This document shows, piece after piece, positions 19,747 to 32,398 of a stretch of 64,000 nucleotides of DNA (position 1 is its first letter; the number at the start of each line of letters is the position of its first letter). The stretch comes from Candidatus Peregrinibacteria bacterium GW2011_GWF2_43_17 (GTDB taxonomy: Bacteria > Patescibacteriota > Gracilibacteria > UBA1369 > UBA12470). The stretch is taken from positions 5,540 through 69,539 of the forward strand of contig LCFW01000004.1 in assembly GCA_000999315.1 (NCBI GenBank). The letters run 5' to 3'. Below the pieces are notes generated by a model, which was not told where the DNA came from, searched no databases, and saw only the letters and a program-made list of their open reading frames with translations. A program made the translations under genes and the position numbers.

Positions 19747-20148
19747 ACCGTGGGTACGGGCTATCTCGCGAAAGCTTTTCTTCGTCCACGCCTTTTCAAC
19801 TCGATACTGATGAACTAATCCCCTCCTAATCATCTCGTTGCGCACAACGCCTCCTCTGTGCGGATGTCTATATTGCCTCTTAAGCGGCGAACAAAAACCG
19901 TGCACATAATGCACGAGTTCATGAGCAAGAACAGCTTCGACAACTTCAGCCGGAATTAAAGGGTCTTTAAATACCCCGTTAATCAAAACCACCGACTTTC
20001 TTTTATCTCTTGTCATCCTGATCGAACCCAAACGCGTCCTTGCCACTCGAGAAAATTTAACCTCCAAAATATTCCCCTTCTCAACATCAAAAAAATATCT
20101 ATCCCACAAATCCGAAAGCAAATCCGAAAGCCATTTATTATCGCGCAT
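19726..20148 (-). CDS. SprT/DUF45-like HExxH zinc metallopeptidase
   Basis: RLGSIRM....VVLINGVF..P..VVEAVLAHELVHYVH matches the SprT/YgjP pattern, including the HELVH zinc motif. Confidence 0.55.
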   Translation of the reverse strand: MRDNKWLSDLLSDLWDRYFFDVEKGNILEVKFSRVARTRLGSIRMTRDKRKSVVLINGVFKDPLIPAEVVEAVLAHELVHYVHGFCSPLKRQYRHPHRGGVVRNEMIRRGLVHQYRVEKAWTKKSFREIARTHGLFHHFL

Positions 20149-20185
20149 GACTGAAAACTACACGAGGAATTAATTACGAGCAACT

Positions 20186-22330
20186 CTAAGATTTAATACC
20201 GATCTGGCTCGTATTATCAAACCCGGCATCCGCGGTATTGGCCGGTGCGACAGGAGCAACTTGTGTTTGTGCAACCGAAGTAGCGGGAACGGTTTGTTGC
20301 TGGGGCTCTTCAGCTTTTGCAGGTTCCGGAGCCGCAACATTTGTAAATTGTCTGACATCTTTTTGTTTCAAAATCTCTTCCGGGTTCGTAGTGATAATTC
20401 TGTCTTCAGTATAAGAAGCGATAATTTGAACCGCAACATGCTTCAACCCGGCAAAAAATAATCCTTGCCCAACACCGCTGTTAAGAAGCATATACCTCTC
20501 CCCTTCTGTTAAATTGAAAACTTTCTGCAACATCTCTATCGCAGTGGCGGATTGCTTCAAAAGCAATTGCATCGAAGAGTTTGTAATAATCGGCTTTCCG
20601 TAATCGCTCTTCATAAAATCTTCCACATCCTGAGTAATCGTACTGACACCCAAATAATATTTTCTCGCTCTCTTGACCAAGCCGTACAAGAATTTTGCGG
20701 AATCGTCATGTTGCATCATTGACCAAGCCTCATCTATCACAAGTAGTCTCTTTTTCATCCGACTTCTAACCCTGTTCCATATATATCCCAATATAATATA
20801 CATGGCGATCGGCCTAAGCTGATCTTCAAGATCTCTGACAGAGAAAACAACAAGCCCTTCATCAAGATTTACGTTTGTAGGTTTATTGAAAATTCCAGCA
20901 AAAGTACCGGTCGTAAATTTTTGTATTCTTTGAGCCATCTGCTCCGCACCTTCCATCGAAGACAAAACCGCATAAAAATCCTCCATAGTCGGCGCATTAA
21001 ATGCCGACGGATTCGGAGTATCCATAGTTATACCTTTCGTGGCATAAACATCTATCAAAGCTTTATCCAAAATACCTTCCTCCGACGGGCTAATCCCTCC
21101 AAGCATTAATTTCATAAGACCGGTCAAATCTATAATCGCCGCCCTAAGAAGATCTCCGGGCTTTGACTCCTCGCCTTCAATGGCTCTCGGCAAATCAAAC
21201 GGATTAATTCTTCTATCGCTATTCAAAGAAACCTTCAAATAACTGCCTCCGACAGATTGTGCAAGCGCCTGATACTCATTTTCGGGATCTATGATTATCA
21301 CATCCACTCCCATCATCAAATATCTCAAAACCTCCAACTTAACGGCATAAGATTTACCGGCACCCGACTTGGCAAACACAACCGAATTCGCATTCTCAAG
21401 AGAGAATCTGTCGAAAATCACCAAACCCTCATTATGCCTGTTTAAACCATATAAAATACCCTCATTCGAAGTAAGTTCGGAAGAGATAAACGGAAAAGTT
21501 GTCGACAACGGCGACGTATTCATATTTCTGCTTACCTTAAGCTCATCCAAACATATCGGAATAGTCGAATTGAAAGCATATTCCATCTGCAAATCGGTCC
21601 TTCGCGTCATTACCAACTTGCCACCGAGAAGACTCTCTAGTTGTTTTGTAATCTTTTCAAGTTTTTTAAAGTCATCGCTATAAACCGTAAAATACATCCC
21701 AAATTGGAAAAATTTCTCTTGCCCTCGTTGCAACTCGACTCGAAGTGATTCCGCATCTTCAAGCGCGGTTTCAAGCGCGGGATCGCTAACATTGCCTTTT
21801 TCTCTGCTCATCCTTATGGAAGCTTGGAATTGGGCAACTTTCTTTCGTAAAACCCTCATGATTTCCGCAGAATTTACCGGATATATAAACTGTGAAATAT
21901 CCATCGTAACCTCGAAATTCACAACGGGCGAAAGCCAATTTGTCTCGAGATACCTTGGATATGCATAAACGAAATAACTTTGCGCATGAAAACCTTCCAC
22001 TCTCAAATGGTCGTAAGCCACTTCAAAAGATGCCGGCGCAATAAGATCGCGTATCGAAGCCAACCCTTCATTATAAAGCTTTTCCGCATCCAAAATCGCC
22101 TGCCTCTCAACTTGAGTTAAAGATTTTTCGGCACCTTCCGGAGACTGAACCGCAGGTTGAGCGGACACAACCGCCGTTTTCTTAGAACCAAAAAGCTTGT
22201 TTTTCAAATTATCCACAATCGAAGTCTTGGGAACAACCGCTTTTTGAATCTGCACCGTAGCATCAACTTTAGGGCTTGCAACAGCCACGAGTTGGACGTT
22301 AGCTGGGCTCTGTACTGTTTGGTCTGCCAT
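20186..22330 (-). CDS. VirB4/TraC-family (type IV secretion-like) ATPase
   Basis: Walker A FAKSGAGKSYAVK, IIDPENEY and Walker B LLVIDEAWSMM, with the N-terminal VirB4-type domain. It has low-complexity Q/A/V/P-rich N- and C-terminal tails. Confidence 0.8.
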   Translation of the reverse strand: MADQTVQSPANVQLVAVASPKVDATVQIQKAVVPKTSIVDNLKNKLFGSKKTAVVSAQPAVQSPEGAEKSLTQVERQAILDAEKLYNEGLASIRDLIAPASFEVAYDHLRVEGFHAQSYFVYAYPRYLETNWLSPVVNFEVTMDISQFIYPVNSAEIMRVLRKKVAQFQASIRMSREKGNVSDPALETALEDAESLRVELQRGQEKFFQFGMYFTVYSDDFKKLEKITKQLESLLGGKLVMTRRTDLQMEYAFNSTIPICLDELKVSRNMNTSPLSTTFPFISSELTSNEGILYGLNRHNEGLVIFDRFSLENANSVVFAKSGAGKSYAVKLEVLRYLMMGVDVIIIDPENEYQALAQSVGGSYLKVSLNSDRRINPFDLPRAIEGEESKPGDLLRAAIIDLTGLMKLMLGGISPSEEGILDKALIDVYATKGITMDTPNPSAFNAPTMEDFYAVLSSMEGAEQMAQRIQKFTTGTFAGIFNKPTNVNLDEGLVVFSVRDLEDQLRPIAMYIILGYIWNRVRSRMKKRLLVIDEAWSMMQHDDSAKFLYGLVKRARKYYLGVSTITQDVEDFMKSDYGKPIITNSSMQLLLKQSATAIEMLQKVFNLTEGERYMLLNSGVGQGLFFAGLKHVAVQIIASYTEDRIITTNPEEILKQKDVRQFTNVAAPEPAKAEEPQQQTVPATSVAQTQVAPVAPANTADAGFDNTSQIGIKS

Positions 22331-22380
22331 ATAAATCCGTTAACTTTATCTGATAATTATACCAGAAAAGCCGTCCGGAA

Positions 22381-23589
22381 TCAATCATCAATCTGCGATT
22401 TAATTGACTGGAAATCCCCGATAGATTCATCACTAACAACACCATCTTTCAAAAATCTGCGAATCACAACATTCGAACCATCAAGAAATGCAATACCATT
22501 TTTACCATGTTCTTTAACAGCATACACAAGCGTATCAGCTATACCAACTAAACGATTCGCAAAAGAATGCTGATCACCATTAACAGAAACTCCTCGATTA
22601 AAAAATGTTACAACACCAATCGAAAGACTGGCAAACCCCTTTTGCAAACCGGCATTTTGCCTTACCTCCGGCATTAACTCTATACGATCAACATCATCAC
22701 CAAGTTCGGCACGAAAATCGTCTTTAGTTAAACCCTCAACAATACAACGTATTTCGTCAGCTTTAGCAAGAGCATCCTCCCGGCTTGAGATTTCATCCAA
22801 TACAATAATCAATTCGTCCCCTCCGTTTCTTTTTTTAATATCATTCAATCTCAATATCCCGGATATAGATCGTGCAATCACTCTTAAAACGGCATCTCCG
22901 TATTTATGCGGATTTTCCAACTTGGCAAAAGTATCATTCCAAAGTTTAAATCCATCCAAGTCAATATGCAAAATTGCAAAACCTTTTTTCCCTTCAACTA
23001 TTTCAGAATCAGCATGTCTACGAGGATCGGGAGAAAAATATCTCTTTAATCGCAAACTCAAATCGTAATCTTGTTGCATAAATCCAAACTCACCGATCAG
23101 CGGAGCCAATGTCGCACGCTTACGCAAAGTTTCTATGACGTTTCCATTGGCAACACGACGCAAATGCAAAGTCACAAATTTACTTAAAAACGGATTTTGA
23201 GAATAATTTTTAAGCACCTGCGAATCATCACCAATAGATTCCGGAATAACACCATCGTCAATTGAAGCCTCCCTGAAATCCGACATGCCTCGAGAAACGG
23301 CTTCAATAAGCGATTTTCCTTCCACCCCCAAGAACGACAGCCATTTCATAATCACATCATCGCACAAAGCATCCTTAACCTTGGCAAGCAATTCATCATC
23401 CCCGCCACCCGCCTTAAACAATTCCATAAGATCGGATAATTTCTGCCCCATCTTCACCTTTAATTGCGCAACATATCCGGCATCCTCCATCTGAGAAGCC
23501 ACTATGAATTGTTCGGCGATATCCTTGATATCCGCCAATAACGAATCCACATTACGCTCCGCATCTTGGTTTCTTTGAATATCTGACAT
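22381..23589 (-). CDS. GGDEF-domain diguanylate cyclase-like protein with unknown N-terminal domain
   Basis: HIDLDGFKLWNDTF..GD..L plus the active-site variant GGDEL, preceded by an I-site-like RLND five residues upstream (RLNDIKKRNGGDELIIVLD). Confidence 0.8.
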   Translation of the reverse strand: MSDIQRNQDAERNVDSLLADIKDIAEQFIVASQMEDAGYVAQLKVKMGQKLSDLMELFKAGGGDDELLAKVKDALCDDVIMKWLSFLGVEGKSLIEAVSRGMSDFREASIDDGVIPESIGDDSQVLKNYSQNPFLSKFVTLHLRRVANGNVIETLRKRATLAPLIGEFGFMQQDYDLSLRLKRYFSPDPRRHADSEIVEGKKGFAILHIDLDGFKLWNDTFAKLENPHKYGDAVLRVIARSISGILRLNDIKKRNGGDELIIVLDEISSREDALAKADEIRCIVEGLTKDDFRAELGDDVDRIELMPEVRQNAGLQKGFASLSIGVVTFFNRGVSVNGDQHSFANRLVGIADTLVYAVKEHGKNGIAFLDGSNVVIRRFLKDGVVSDESIGDFQSIKSQIDD

Positions 23590-23729
23590 AAAATTGATTT
23601 AACAGATATATAATTTTACACCGTTTAAGCAAATTGTCAATCCCAACCTCCGGATAAAAACAAGTCGGGATTCCTTATAAGTAAACTTTATGGTAAATTT
23701 ACTCCGTTAAAATTTAAACAGGTTTAAAT

Positions 23730-26381
23730 ATGTCTCCAAAGAAAAACAATAAAAAAAACGAGGAACCAATCGAACCAAAAATACCGGAAGAGCCGAAAAA
23801 AGACACCACTCCCCCGGAAACCGAGAACACAAAGAATAACACTCAGGATCAACAAACAATGGGCTTTTTCGACGCAAATACAAAACTAAGAAACATCTCG
23901 GACGAAATGGAAGAATGCTATCTGGATTATGCGATGAGTGTCATCGTTTCTCGCGCACTACCTGATGTTAGAGACGGCTTAAAGCCGGTCCACAGAAGAA
24001 TATTATTTTCAATGCACGAATTGGGACTTCGCCCAAACTCATCTTTCAGAAAATCGGCAACTGTAGTCGGTGATGTGCTTGGTAAATACCATCCTCATGG
24101 AGATTCTGCGGTTTACGATTCAATGGTCAGATTGGCACAAGATTTCTCGATGAGATATACGCTGGTAAGAGGACAAGGGAACTTTGGTTCAATAGATGGA
24201 GACTCAGCCGCCGCAATGCGTTACACGGAAGCAAAAATGGAAAAGATAACAGAAGAAATGTTGGCCGATATTGAAAAAGAAACTGTCAAATGGACTGAAA
24301 ACTATGACGGAAGACTTAAAGAACCAACGGTATTACCGGCCAGAATCCCGCAATTACTACTAAACGGCACAATGGGTATAGCCGTAGGCATGGCGACAAA
24401 TATTCCGCCACACAATCTTGGAGAACTCATTGATGGAACAATGCACCTGACTGACAACCCGGACTGCACAATAGAAGATTTAATGCAGTTCATAAAAGGT
24501 CCTGATTTCCCAACATCGGGCGTAATTTACGACGTCAACGCGATAAAAGAGATGTACACCAACGGACGCGGAGGAATAGTCATAAGAGCGAAAGCGGATA
24601 TAGTGGAGAAAAAAGGCAACAAATTTCAGATTATAATCACCGAAATCCCATACCAAATAAACAAATCGACACTGGTAACGAAAATAGCGGATTTGGTAAG
24701 AGATAAAAAAATCAAAGGAATCACAGACATCCGAGACGAATCAAATCGTGAAGGCATCAGAATAGTCGTCGAACTTAAAAAAGAGTCTTATCCTAAAAAA
24801 GTTTTAAATCAACTCTTCAAGCTTACACCGATGCAAGACACGTTCAATATGAACATGATCGCATTGGTCGACGGCTTACAGCCCAGGCTCCTCAACTTAA
24901 AGCAAGTTCTCGAATATTTCATCGCACATAGAAAAGAGGTTATCACCAACAGAACGAAATACGAGCTCAAAATGGCCAAGGCCAGAGCCCATATTTTGGA
25001 AGGATTGAATATCGCTCTCGATCACATAGACGCGGTAATAGAAACGATCAAGAAATCGGCAACAAAAGAAGATGCTCAAGCCGCTTTGATGAAAAAATTC
25101 AAACTTTCCGACCTTCAATCGCAAGCCATCCTGGAAATGAGACTTCAAACATTGGCGGGATTGGAACGTAAAAAAATCGAAGACGAATACAAGGAAAAAT
25201 TAGCGCTTATAGATGAACTCGAAGACATTTTAAAAGACACAAAGAAAGTTTTGAAAATAATGAAAAAAGAACTCGCTGAAATAAAAGAAAAATACGCCGA
25301 CGAAAGAAAGACGGAAATCGTACCACATGCAATAGGGGAAATTTCGCAAAAAGACACAATCCCTAATGCACCAATGGTCATCACTCTTACAAAAGAAAAT
25401 TACATTAAGAGATTACCGCCATCATCATTCCGAACTCAAAAAAGAGGAGGAAAGGGAGTCGTAGGCATGGCTACAAAAGAAGAAGATGAAATAGACATAG
25501 TCAAGTTTGCAATGAACCACGACGACGTAATGTTCTTCACGAGCAAAGGTCGCGTATTCAAATTGCCGGTTTATGAAATACCGCAAGCCTCAAGACAAGC
25601 AAAAGGCTTACCTGTAGTAAACTTATTGCAACTCGCTGACGGCGAAAGAATCACTTCAATCCTGACAAGTGGCGAAGAAAAAGCCGGCCAATTCTTATTC
25701 ATGGCAACCAGAAAAGGCACAGTCAAGAAAACCCCGATGGAAGATTTTAAAAACATAAGAAAAACAGGCTTAATAGCTATAAAATTGCGCGACGATGACG
25801 ATCTGGAATGGGTCAGACAAACAAATACGGGAGAAAGAATCGTCCTTGTAACACACGAAGGTAAGTGCATCCAATTTGACGAAGCCGACGTACGCTCAAT
25901 GGGCCGCGCTTCAATGGGAGTCAGAGGTATCCGAGTAAAAGGTAACGACTATTGCGTGCAAATGGACGTGATCAAGAATGAAAACGCCGACCTTCTAGTA
26001 GTAATGTCAAACGGCCTCGGCAAGCGAACTCCACTTTCAAGTTACAGATTCCAAGGCCGCGGCGGTTCGGGCGTAAAAACAGCCAACATTACCGAAAAAA
26101 CCGGCAAAGTAATAGGCGCAAGCGTAATAATGGAAACCACGGACTCGGATCTCATAATAATCTCCAAGCACGGACAAATTATAAAAATGCCTTTGGCAAG
26201 CATCCCGGCAAGAGGCAGAGCGACACAAGGCGTTTATCTGATGAGACTAAACAGTGGAGACATCGTGGCTTCAATCTCGGTAATAGATCATATAAAAGAA
26301 GATGAAATAGCCGCCGCGGAATCAGAATCTTTCGAAGAAGAAATGCAAGAAAAAGAGGAGGAAATTACAGAAGAAATTTAA
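23730..26381 (+). CDS. gyrA: DNA gyrase subunit A
   Basis: [32 protein letters not shown] and AAMRYTE (active-site Tyr) motifs, plus a C-terminal beta-pinwheel. It has a Lys/Pro-rich N-terminal extension of about 45 aa and an acidic tail. Confidence 0.97.
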   Translation: MSPKKNNKKNEEPIEPKIPEEPKKDTTPPETENTKNNTQDQQTMGFFDANTKLRNISDEMEECYLDYAMSVIVSRALPDVRDGLKPVHRRILFSMHELGLRPNSSFRKSATVVGDVLGKYHPHGDSAVYDSMVRLAQDFSMRYTLVRGQGNFGSIDGDSAAAMRYTEAKMEKITEEMLADIEKETVKWTENYDGRLKEPTVLPARIPQLLLNGTMGIAVGMATNIPPHNLGELIDGTMHLTDNPDCTIEDLMQFIKGPDFPTSGVIYDVNAIKEMYTNGRGGIVIRAKADIVEKKGNKFQIIITEIPYQINKSTLVTKIADLVRDKKIKGITDIRDESNREGIRIVVELKKESYPKKVLNQLFKLTPMQDTFNMNMIALVDGLQPRLLNLKQVLEYFIAHRKEVITNRTKYELKMAKARAHILEGLNIALDHIDAVIETIKKSATKEDAQAALMKKFKLSDLQSQAILEMRLQTLAGLERKKIEDEYKEKLALIDELEDILKDTKKVLKIMKKELAEIKEKYADERKTEIVPHAIGEISQKDTIPNAPMVITLTKENYIKRLPPSSFRTQKRGGKGVVGMATKEEDEIDIVKFAMNHDDVMFFTSKGRVFKLPVYEIPQASRQAKGLPVVNLLQLADGERITSILTSGEEKAGQFLFMATRKGTVKKTPMEDFKNIRKTGLIAIKLRDDDDLEWVRQTNTGERIVLVTHEGKCIQFDEADVRSMGRASMGVRGIRVKGNDYCVQMDVIKNENADLLVVMSNGLGKRTPLSSYRFQGRGGSGVKTANITEKTGKVIGASVIMETTDSDLIIISKHGQIIKMPLASIPARGRATQGVYLMRLNSGDIVASISVIDHIKEDEIAAAESESFEEEMQEKEEEITEEI

Positions 26382-26398
26382 AATTTAAAAGTAAGAAT

Positions 26399-27691
26399 AT
26401 GGCAAAGCACAAAAAAATCTCTTCCATAGGGCTGGCTTTGTTCGCATTAATACTCGGACTTAGCCCGCTAAAAGCTTTCTCCGCAGGCGGAGACCTCTTT
26501 TTAATCGATAGCAACGTTTATTTTTCAACAAGTTATTTCGTTGAAGACATCTCAGTAATAATTTACGCCACAGCCGGCAACAATTCGTCGGAAGACCTGC
26601 TTGGCACTATAAAATTCTGGAACGACACTTACGGATATCAAATCGGTGCGGATCAACCGATATCGGCACTTGCGGGATCCACGGACACGGTATTCATCAA
26701 TTGGACCCCCGATCCGGGAACTCAACAAATATCAATATCCGTCACACCTTGGACAAGTGAAGGCGATGATCCAAGCAACAACACGATATGGGAAACCATA
26801 ACCGTATTGGACGACTCAGATTCCGACGGTGTCCCAAACACGGAAGACACGGACGATGATAACGACGGATATCCGGACTATGAAGATGATTTTCCAAAAG
26901 ACACCTCTGAATGGCACGATACGGACGGCGACGGATCCGGTGACAATACGGATACGGACGACGATAACGACAGTGTAACGGATGAATCCGATGAAATGCC
27001 CCTGGACTACGACGAGACGACAGATACGGATGGTGACGGAATCGGCAACAATAAAGACGCTGACGACGATGGAGATTCCATAGATGACATCGACGAATCG
27101 GAAACAGGTACGGATCCTTTAAACTCAGATTCGGATAACGACTCTTATTCGGACTCGGAAGACAGCTTCCCAACGGACTCGGAAGAATGGATAGATTTTG
27201 ATGAAGATGGAATAGGAGATAATACCGACACTGACGATGACGATGACAGCACTATGGATCCGGAAGACATAGACGACCACAATAAAGGTCCGACAATCAA
27301 AATAAACGAACCGAATTGGCCATTTTATTTAACAGGACAAGATCTGACTTTCGATGCTTCCGTATCTTACGACGAAGATGGCGAAATCAAAGAATACAAA
27401 TGGGTACAAGGAGGCTCAACCATATCAGTAAACGATACCCTCGAAACCTCATATCTCAAATCGGGAACTCAGACGATAGAATTGGTTATCACGGATAACA
27501 AAGGTGAAACAAGAAGCGAACAATTGGATATTCGCATATATTCAAAAAGCTTCCTCCTATTTCTGGGCTTATTCATAACGATATTACTTATACTTGCCTT
27601 CTATATTATTTTTAAGTACAATCCACGCGCTAGAGCGCAGGGAACAAAAGACGACCGACACTCAAAAACATCTAAAAAGATTAGAAAATAA
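26399..27691 (+). CDS. Secreted, C-terminally membrane-anchored protein with thrombospondin-type-3-like Ca-binding Asp repeats and a PKD domain
   Basis: Signal peptide; repeated DxDxDGxxDxxD units (DSDSDGVPNTEDTDDDNDGYPD, DTDGDGSGDNTDTDDDND, DTDGDGIGNNKDADDDGD); a PKD-like segment FDASVSYDEDGEIKEYKW; C-terminal TM helix followed by a basic tail. Confidence 0.7.
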   Translation: MAKHKKISSIGLALFALILGLSPLKAFSAGGDLFLIDSNVYFSTSYFVEDISVIIYATAGNNSSEDLLGTIKFWNDTYGYQIGADQPISALAGSTDTVFINWTPDPGTQQISISVTPWTSEGDDPSNNTIWETITVLDDSDSDGVPNTEDTDDDNDGYPDYEDDFPKDTSEWHDTDGDGSGDNTDTDDDNDSVTDESDEMPLDYDETTDTDGDGIGNNKDADDDGDSIDDIDESETGTDPLNSDSDNDSYSDSEDSFPTDSEEWIDFDEDGIGDNTDTDDDDDSTMDPEDIDDHNKGPTIKINEPNWPFYLTGQDLTFDASVSYDEDGEIKEYKWVQGGSTISVNDTLETSYLKSGTQTIELVITDNKGETRSEQLDIRIYSKSFLLFLGLFITILLILAFYIIFKYNPRARAQGTKDDRHSKTSKKIRK

Positions 27692-27708
27692 GTTACTAAC
27701 TAATTACA

Positions 27709-28074
27709 ATGAAAAAAGGCAACGTACATCCGGAATATCATACGGACGCTCAAATAACCTGTTCTTGTGGAGCGGTTTTCACAACCGGATCCACAAAAAA
27801 AGAACTGCACACTGAACTTTGTTCTCACTGTCATCCTTTCTATACCGGCCAACAGAAATTGGTAGATACAGCCGGAAGAGTGGACAAATTCAGAACCAGA
27901 GTCGAGAAAGCCAAAAAAGTTCAAGAAGAGGCTAAAACCAAGACTACGAAACAAAGAAAGAAAAAGACGATACAGGACAAAGTTAACGAAAAACTGACAG
28001 AAACTTTGGAAAAAGAACAAGCCGCCGAAGCCAAAGCGGTTGAAAAGAAAAAAACACGAAAGGCAAAAAAATAA
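27709..28074 (+). CDS. rpmE: 50S ribosomal protein bL31 with Lys-rich C-terminal extension
   Basis: HPEY....CSCG....ST....[26 protein letters not shown] is the canonical Zn-ribbon L31. It is followed by a K/E/A-rich tail of about 50 aa. Confidence 0.85.
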   Translation: MKKGNVHPEYHTDAQITCSCGAVFTTGSTKKELHTELCSHCHPFYTGQQKLVDTAGRVDKFRTRVEKAKKVQEEAKTKTTKQRKKKTIQDKVNEKLTETLEKEQAAEAKAVEKKKTRKAKK

Positions 28075-28077
28075 ATC

Positions 28078-30621
<2,544 letters not shown>

Positions 30622-30632
30622 AACCCTCCCCC

Positions 30633-31208
30633 ATGCTTGCCTACATCGAAGGAAAAATCCAACACAAATCCGATAAAACGCTAATAATAAATGTGAACGG
30701 CGTAGGATATTTGGTGTCGGTCACGGAAGGCACATTTTTAAACTCACAAGAAAACTCTCAAATAAGTTTATTCCTTCACACGCAAGTCCGTGAAGATGCA
30801 ATCAGTCTGTACGGATTCGCCGACATAAACGAACTTAACTTTTTCAAAAAATTAATATCAGTCTCGGGAATAGGCCCTAAAACAGGTATGGAAATAATGA
30901 ACGCGGATATTTTTAAAATAAAATCGGCAATAATAAACGGCGACGTCGCAACAATTTCGGGAATAAAAGGAATCGGGAATAAAACTGCGGAACGTCTCGT
31001 CCTGGAATTAAAAAACAAAATAGAACCGGATTTTAATGGAGCACAAAGAAATCACGGTCAGATCGCACGAGAAATAGACCAAGATGCAGTTGAAGCCCTG
31101 ATGAGACTCGGCTACTCCCAAGGTCAAATCGAAAAAGTAATATCACGCGCAGAAGAGACATTCACGGATACGGAAACGTGCATCAAATATTTCCTGAAGA
31201 ACGTTTAA
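30633..31208 (+). CDS. ruvA: Holliday junction branch-migration complex subunit RuvA
   Basis: MLAYIEGKI...VNGVGYLV (OB fold), HhH motifs (ISVSGIGPKTG, IKGIGNKTAERL) and C-terminal domain III. Confidence 0.85.
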   Translation: MLAYIEGKIQHKSDKTLIINVNGVGYLVSVTEGTFLNSQENSQISLFLHTQVREDAISLYGFADINELNFFKKLISVSGIGPKTGMEIMNADIFKIKSAIINGDVATISGIKGIGNKTAERLVLELKNKIEPDFNGAQRNHGQIAREIDQDAVEALMRLGYSQGQIEKVISRAEETFTDTETCIKYFLKNV

Positions 31209-32398
31209 TGCAAATACGACTTTCATCACAAATCGCAGAAATCTCTCACTCAAACCTAAAAGAAAATTTCCTCAAAGAAGTCTCGAAAGGACTTCATCCG
31301 TTCATTGATTCGGCACTCGACAAGAATCTGATAAAAAGACTAAAAACACCGAAAAAGAATTTTAAGAAAATAATCATACTCGGAATAGGCGGCTCGGCAC
31401 TCGGAGGGATCGCAGTCATGCGCGCGCTTTATCGCCCGCTCAAACACATGGAAAAAGATTCGACACACTTCTTTTTCTTGGATCAAATCGACCCGGACCT
31501 TATTTTCCATTTATCCGAAAATATATCTTTAAAAGACACTCACTTCATTGCAATAAGCAAGTCGGGCAATACGATAGAAACCGTGAGTTTGTTTAAGTTT
31601 TTTTACAAAAAAATTCTAGACGCGAAATTGAATCCGAAAGACCACTTTACAATCATAACCGCGGAAAAAAACGGCTTTTTGGGAAAAACGAACTTACCGC
31701 TCATAACTATACCGAAAAACTTGAGCGGAAGATTTTCTGTACTATCGGAAGTCGGCTTACTGCCTGCCAAAATCGCAAAAATCGACATCGCGAAAATCCA
31801 AAAAGGCGCATCGTCGGCATTTGAACATTTCAAAAAAGAACCTGCCGAGAAAAACATCCCGTTGCTACTTGCGGAACACCAATTTGCGCACGATCGAGCC
31901 GGCAAAAATATAACCGTAGTATTCCCCTACTCTTACAGACTTAACAGATTCGCGGACTGGTACATTCAGTTAATGGCGGAAAGTCTCGGAAAAACACCGG
32001 AAATCGGCCCGACACCAATTCGTGCAGTCGGTCCAACCGACCAACATTCGCAACTTCAACTTTTCATGGAAGGACCAAGAAACAAACAATTTCTTTTCTT
32101 GGAAGTTGAACACCATCATCACGCCCCGCAAATCCCCGGAGAAACATATACGCTCGAGGACTTGGTCAACGCCGAGAAAAAAGGCACAGAACAGGCGCTT
32201 GCAAAAGCCGGCATTCCGACCCAAACACTGATAATTCCGAAAATAACGGAAGAAACCATCGGAGAATTAATCATGACCCTCGAGCTCCAAATCGCCTTAC
32301 TTGGAAAAATGTACAGTGTAAACACTTATAATCAGCCGGGAGTTGAAGAAGGAAAAAAGATTGCGATGAAAATCATACATCGCACAATTCATGAATAA
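31208..32398 (+). CDS. pgi: Glucose-6-phosphate isomerase (short SIS-type)
   Basis: ILGIGGSALG, ISKSGNTIET and GPTDQHSQLQLFMEG motifs. TAATG overlap with ruvA at 31206-31210. Confidence 0.85.
   Translation: MQIRLSSQIAEISHSNLKENFLKEVSKGLHPFIDSALDKNLIKRLKTPKKNFKKIIILGIGGSALGGIAVMRALYRPLKHMEKDSTHFFFLDQIDPDLIFHLSENISLKDTHFIAISKSGNTIETVSLFKFFYKKILDAKLNPKDHFTIITAEKNGFLGKTNLPLITIPKNLSGRFSVLSEVGLLPAKIAKIDIAKIQKGASSAFEHFKKEPAEKNIPLLLAEHQFAHDRAGKNITVVFPYSYRLNRFADWYIQLMAESLGKTPEIGPTPIRAVGPTDQHSQLQLFMEGPRNKQFLFLEVEHHHHAPQIPGETYTLEDLVNAEKKGTEQALAKAGIPTQTLIIPKITEETIGELIMTLELQIALLGKMYSVNTYNQPGVEEGKKIAMKIIHRTIHE

Noticed and set aside
20170-20358. 62-codon minus-strand ORF overlapping the 3' end of the VirB4-like gene
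   Set aside because: It lies out of frame within the low-complexity C-terminal tail region of VirB4. It has Leu/Arg/Pro-biased composition and no independent support.
26800-27290. GA(C/T)-rich periodic DNA that could be mistaken for a tandem repeat or CRISPR-like array
   Set aside because: It lies in frame inside a long ORF and encodes Asp-rich calcium-binding repeats. The units are imperfect and lack spacer/repeat organisation.
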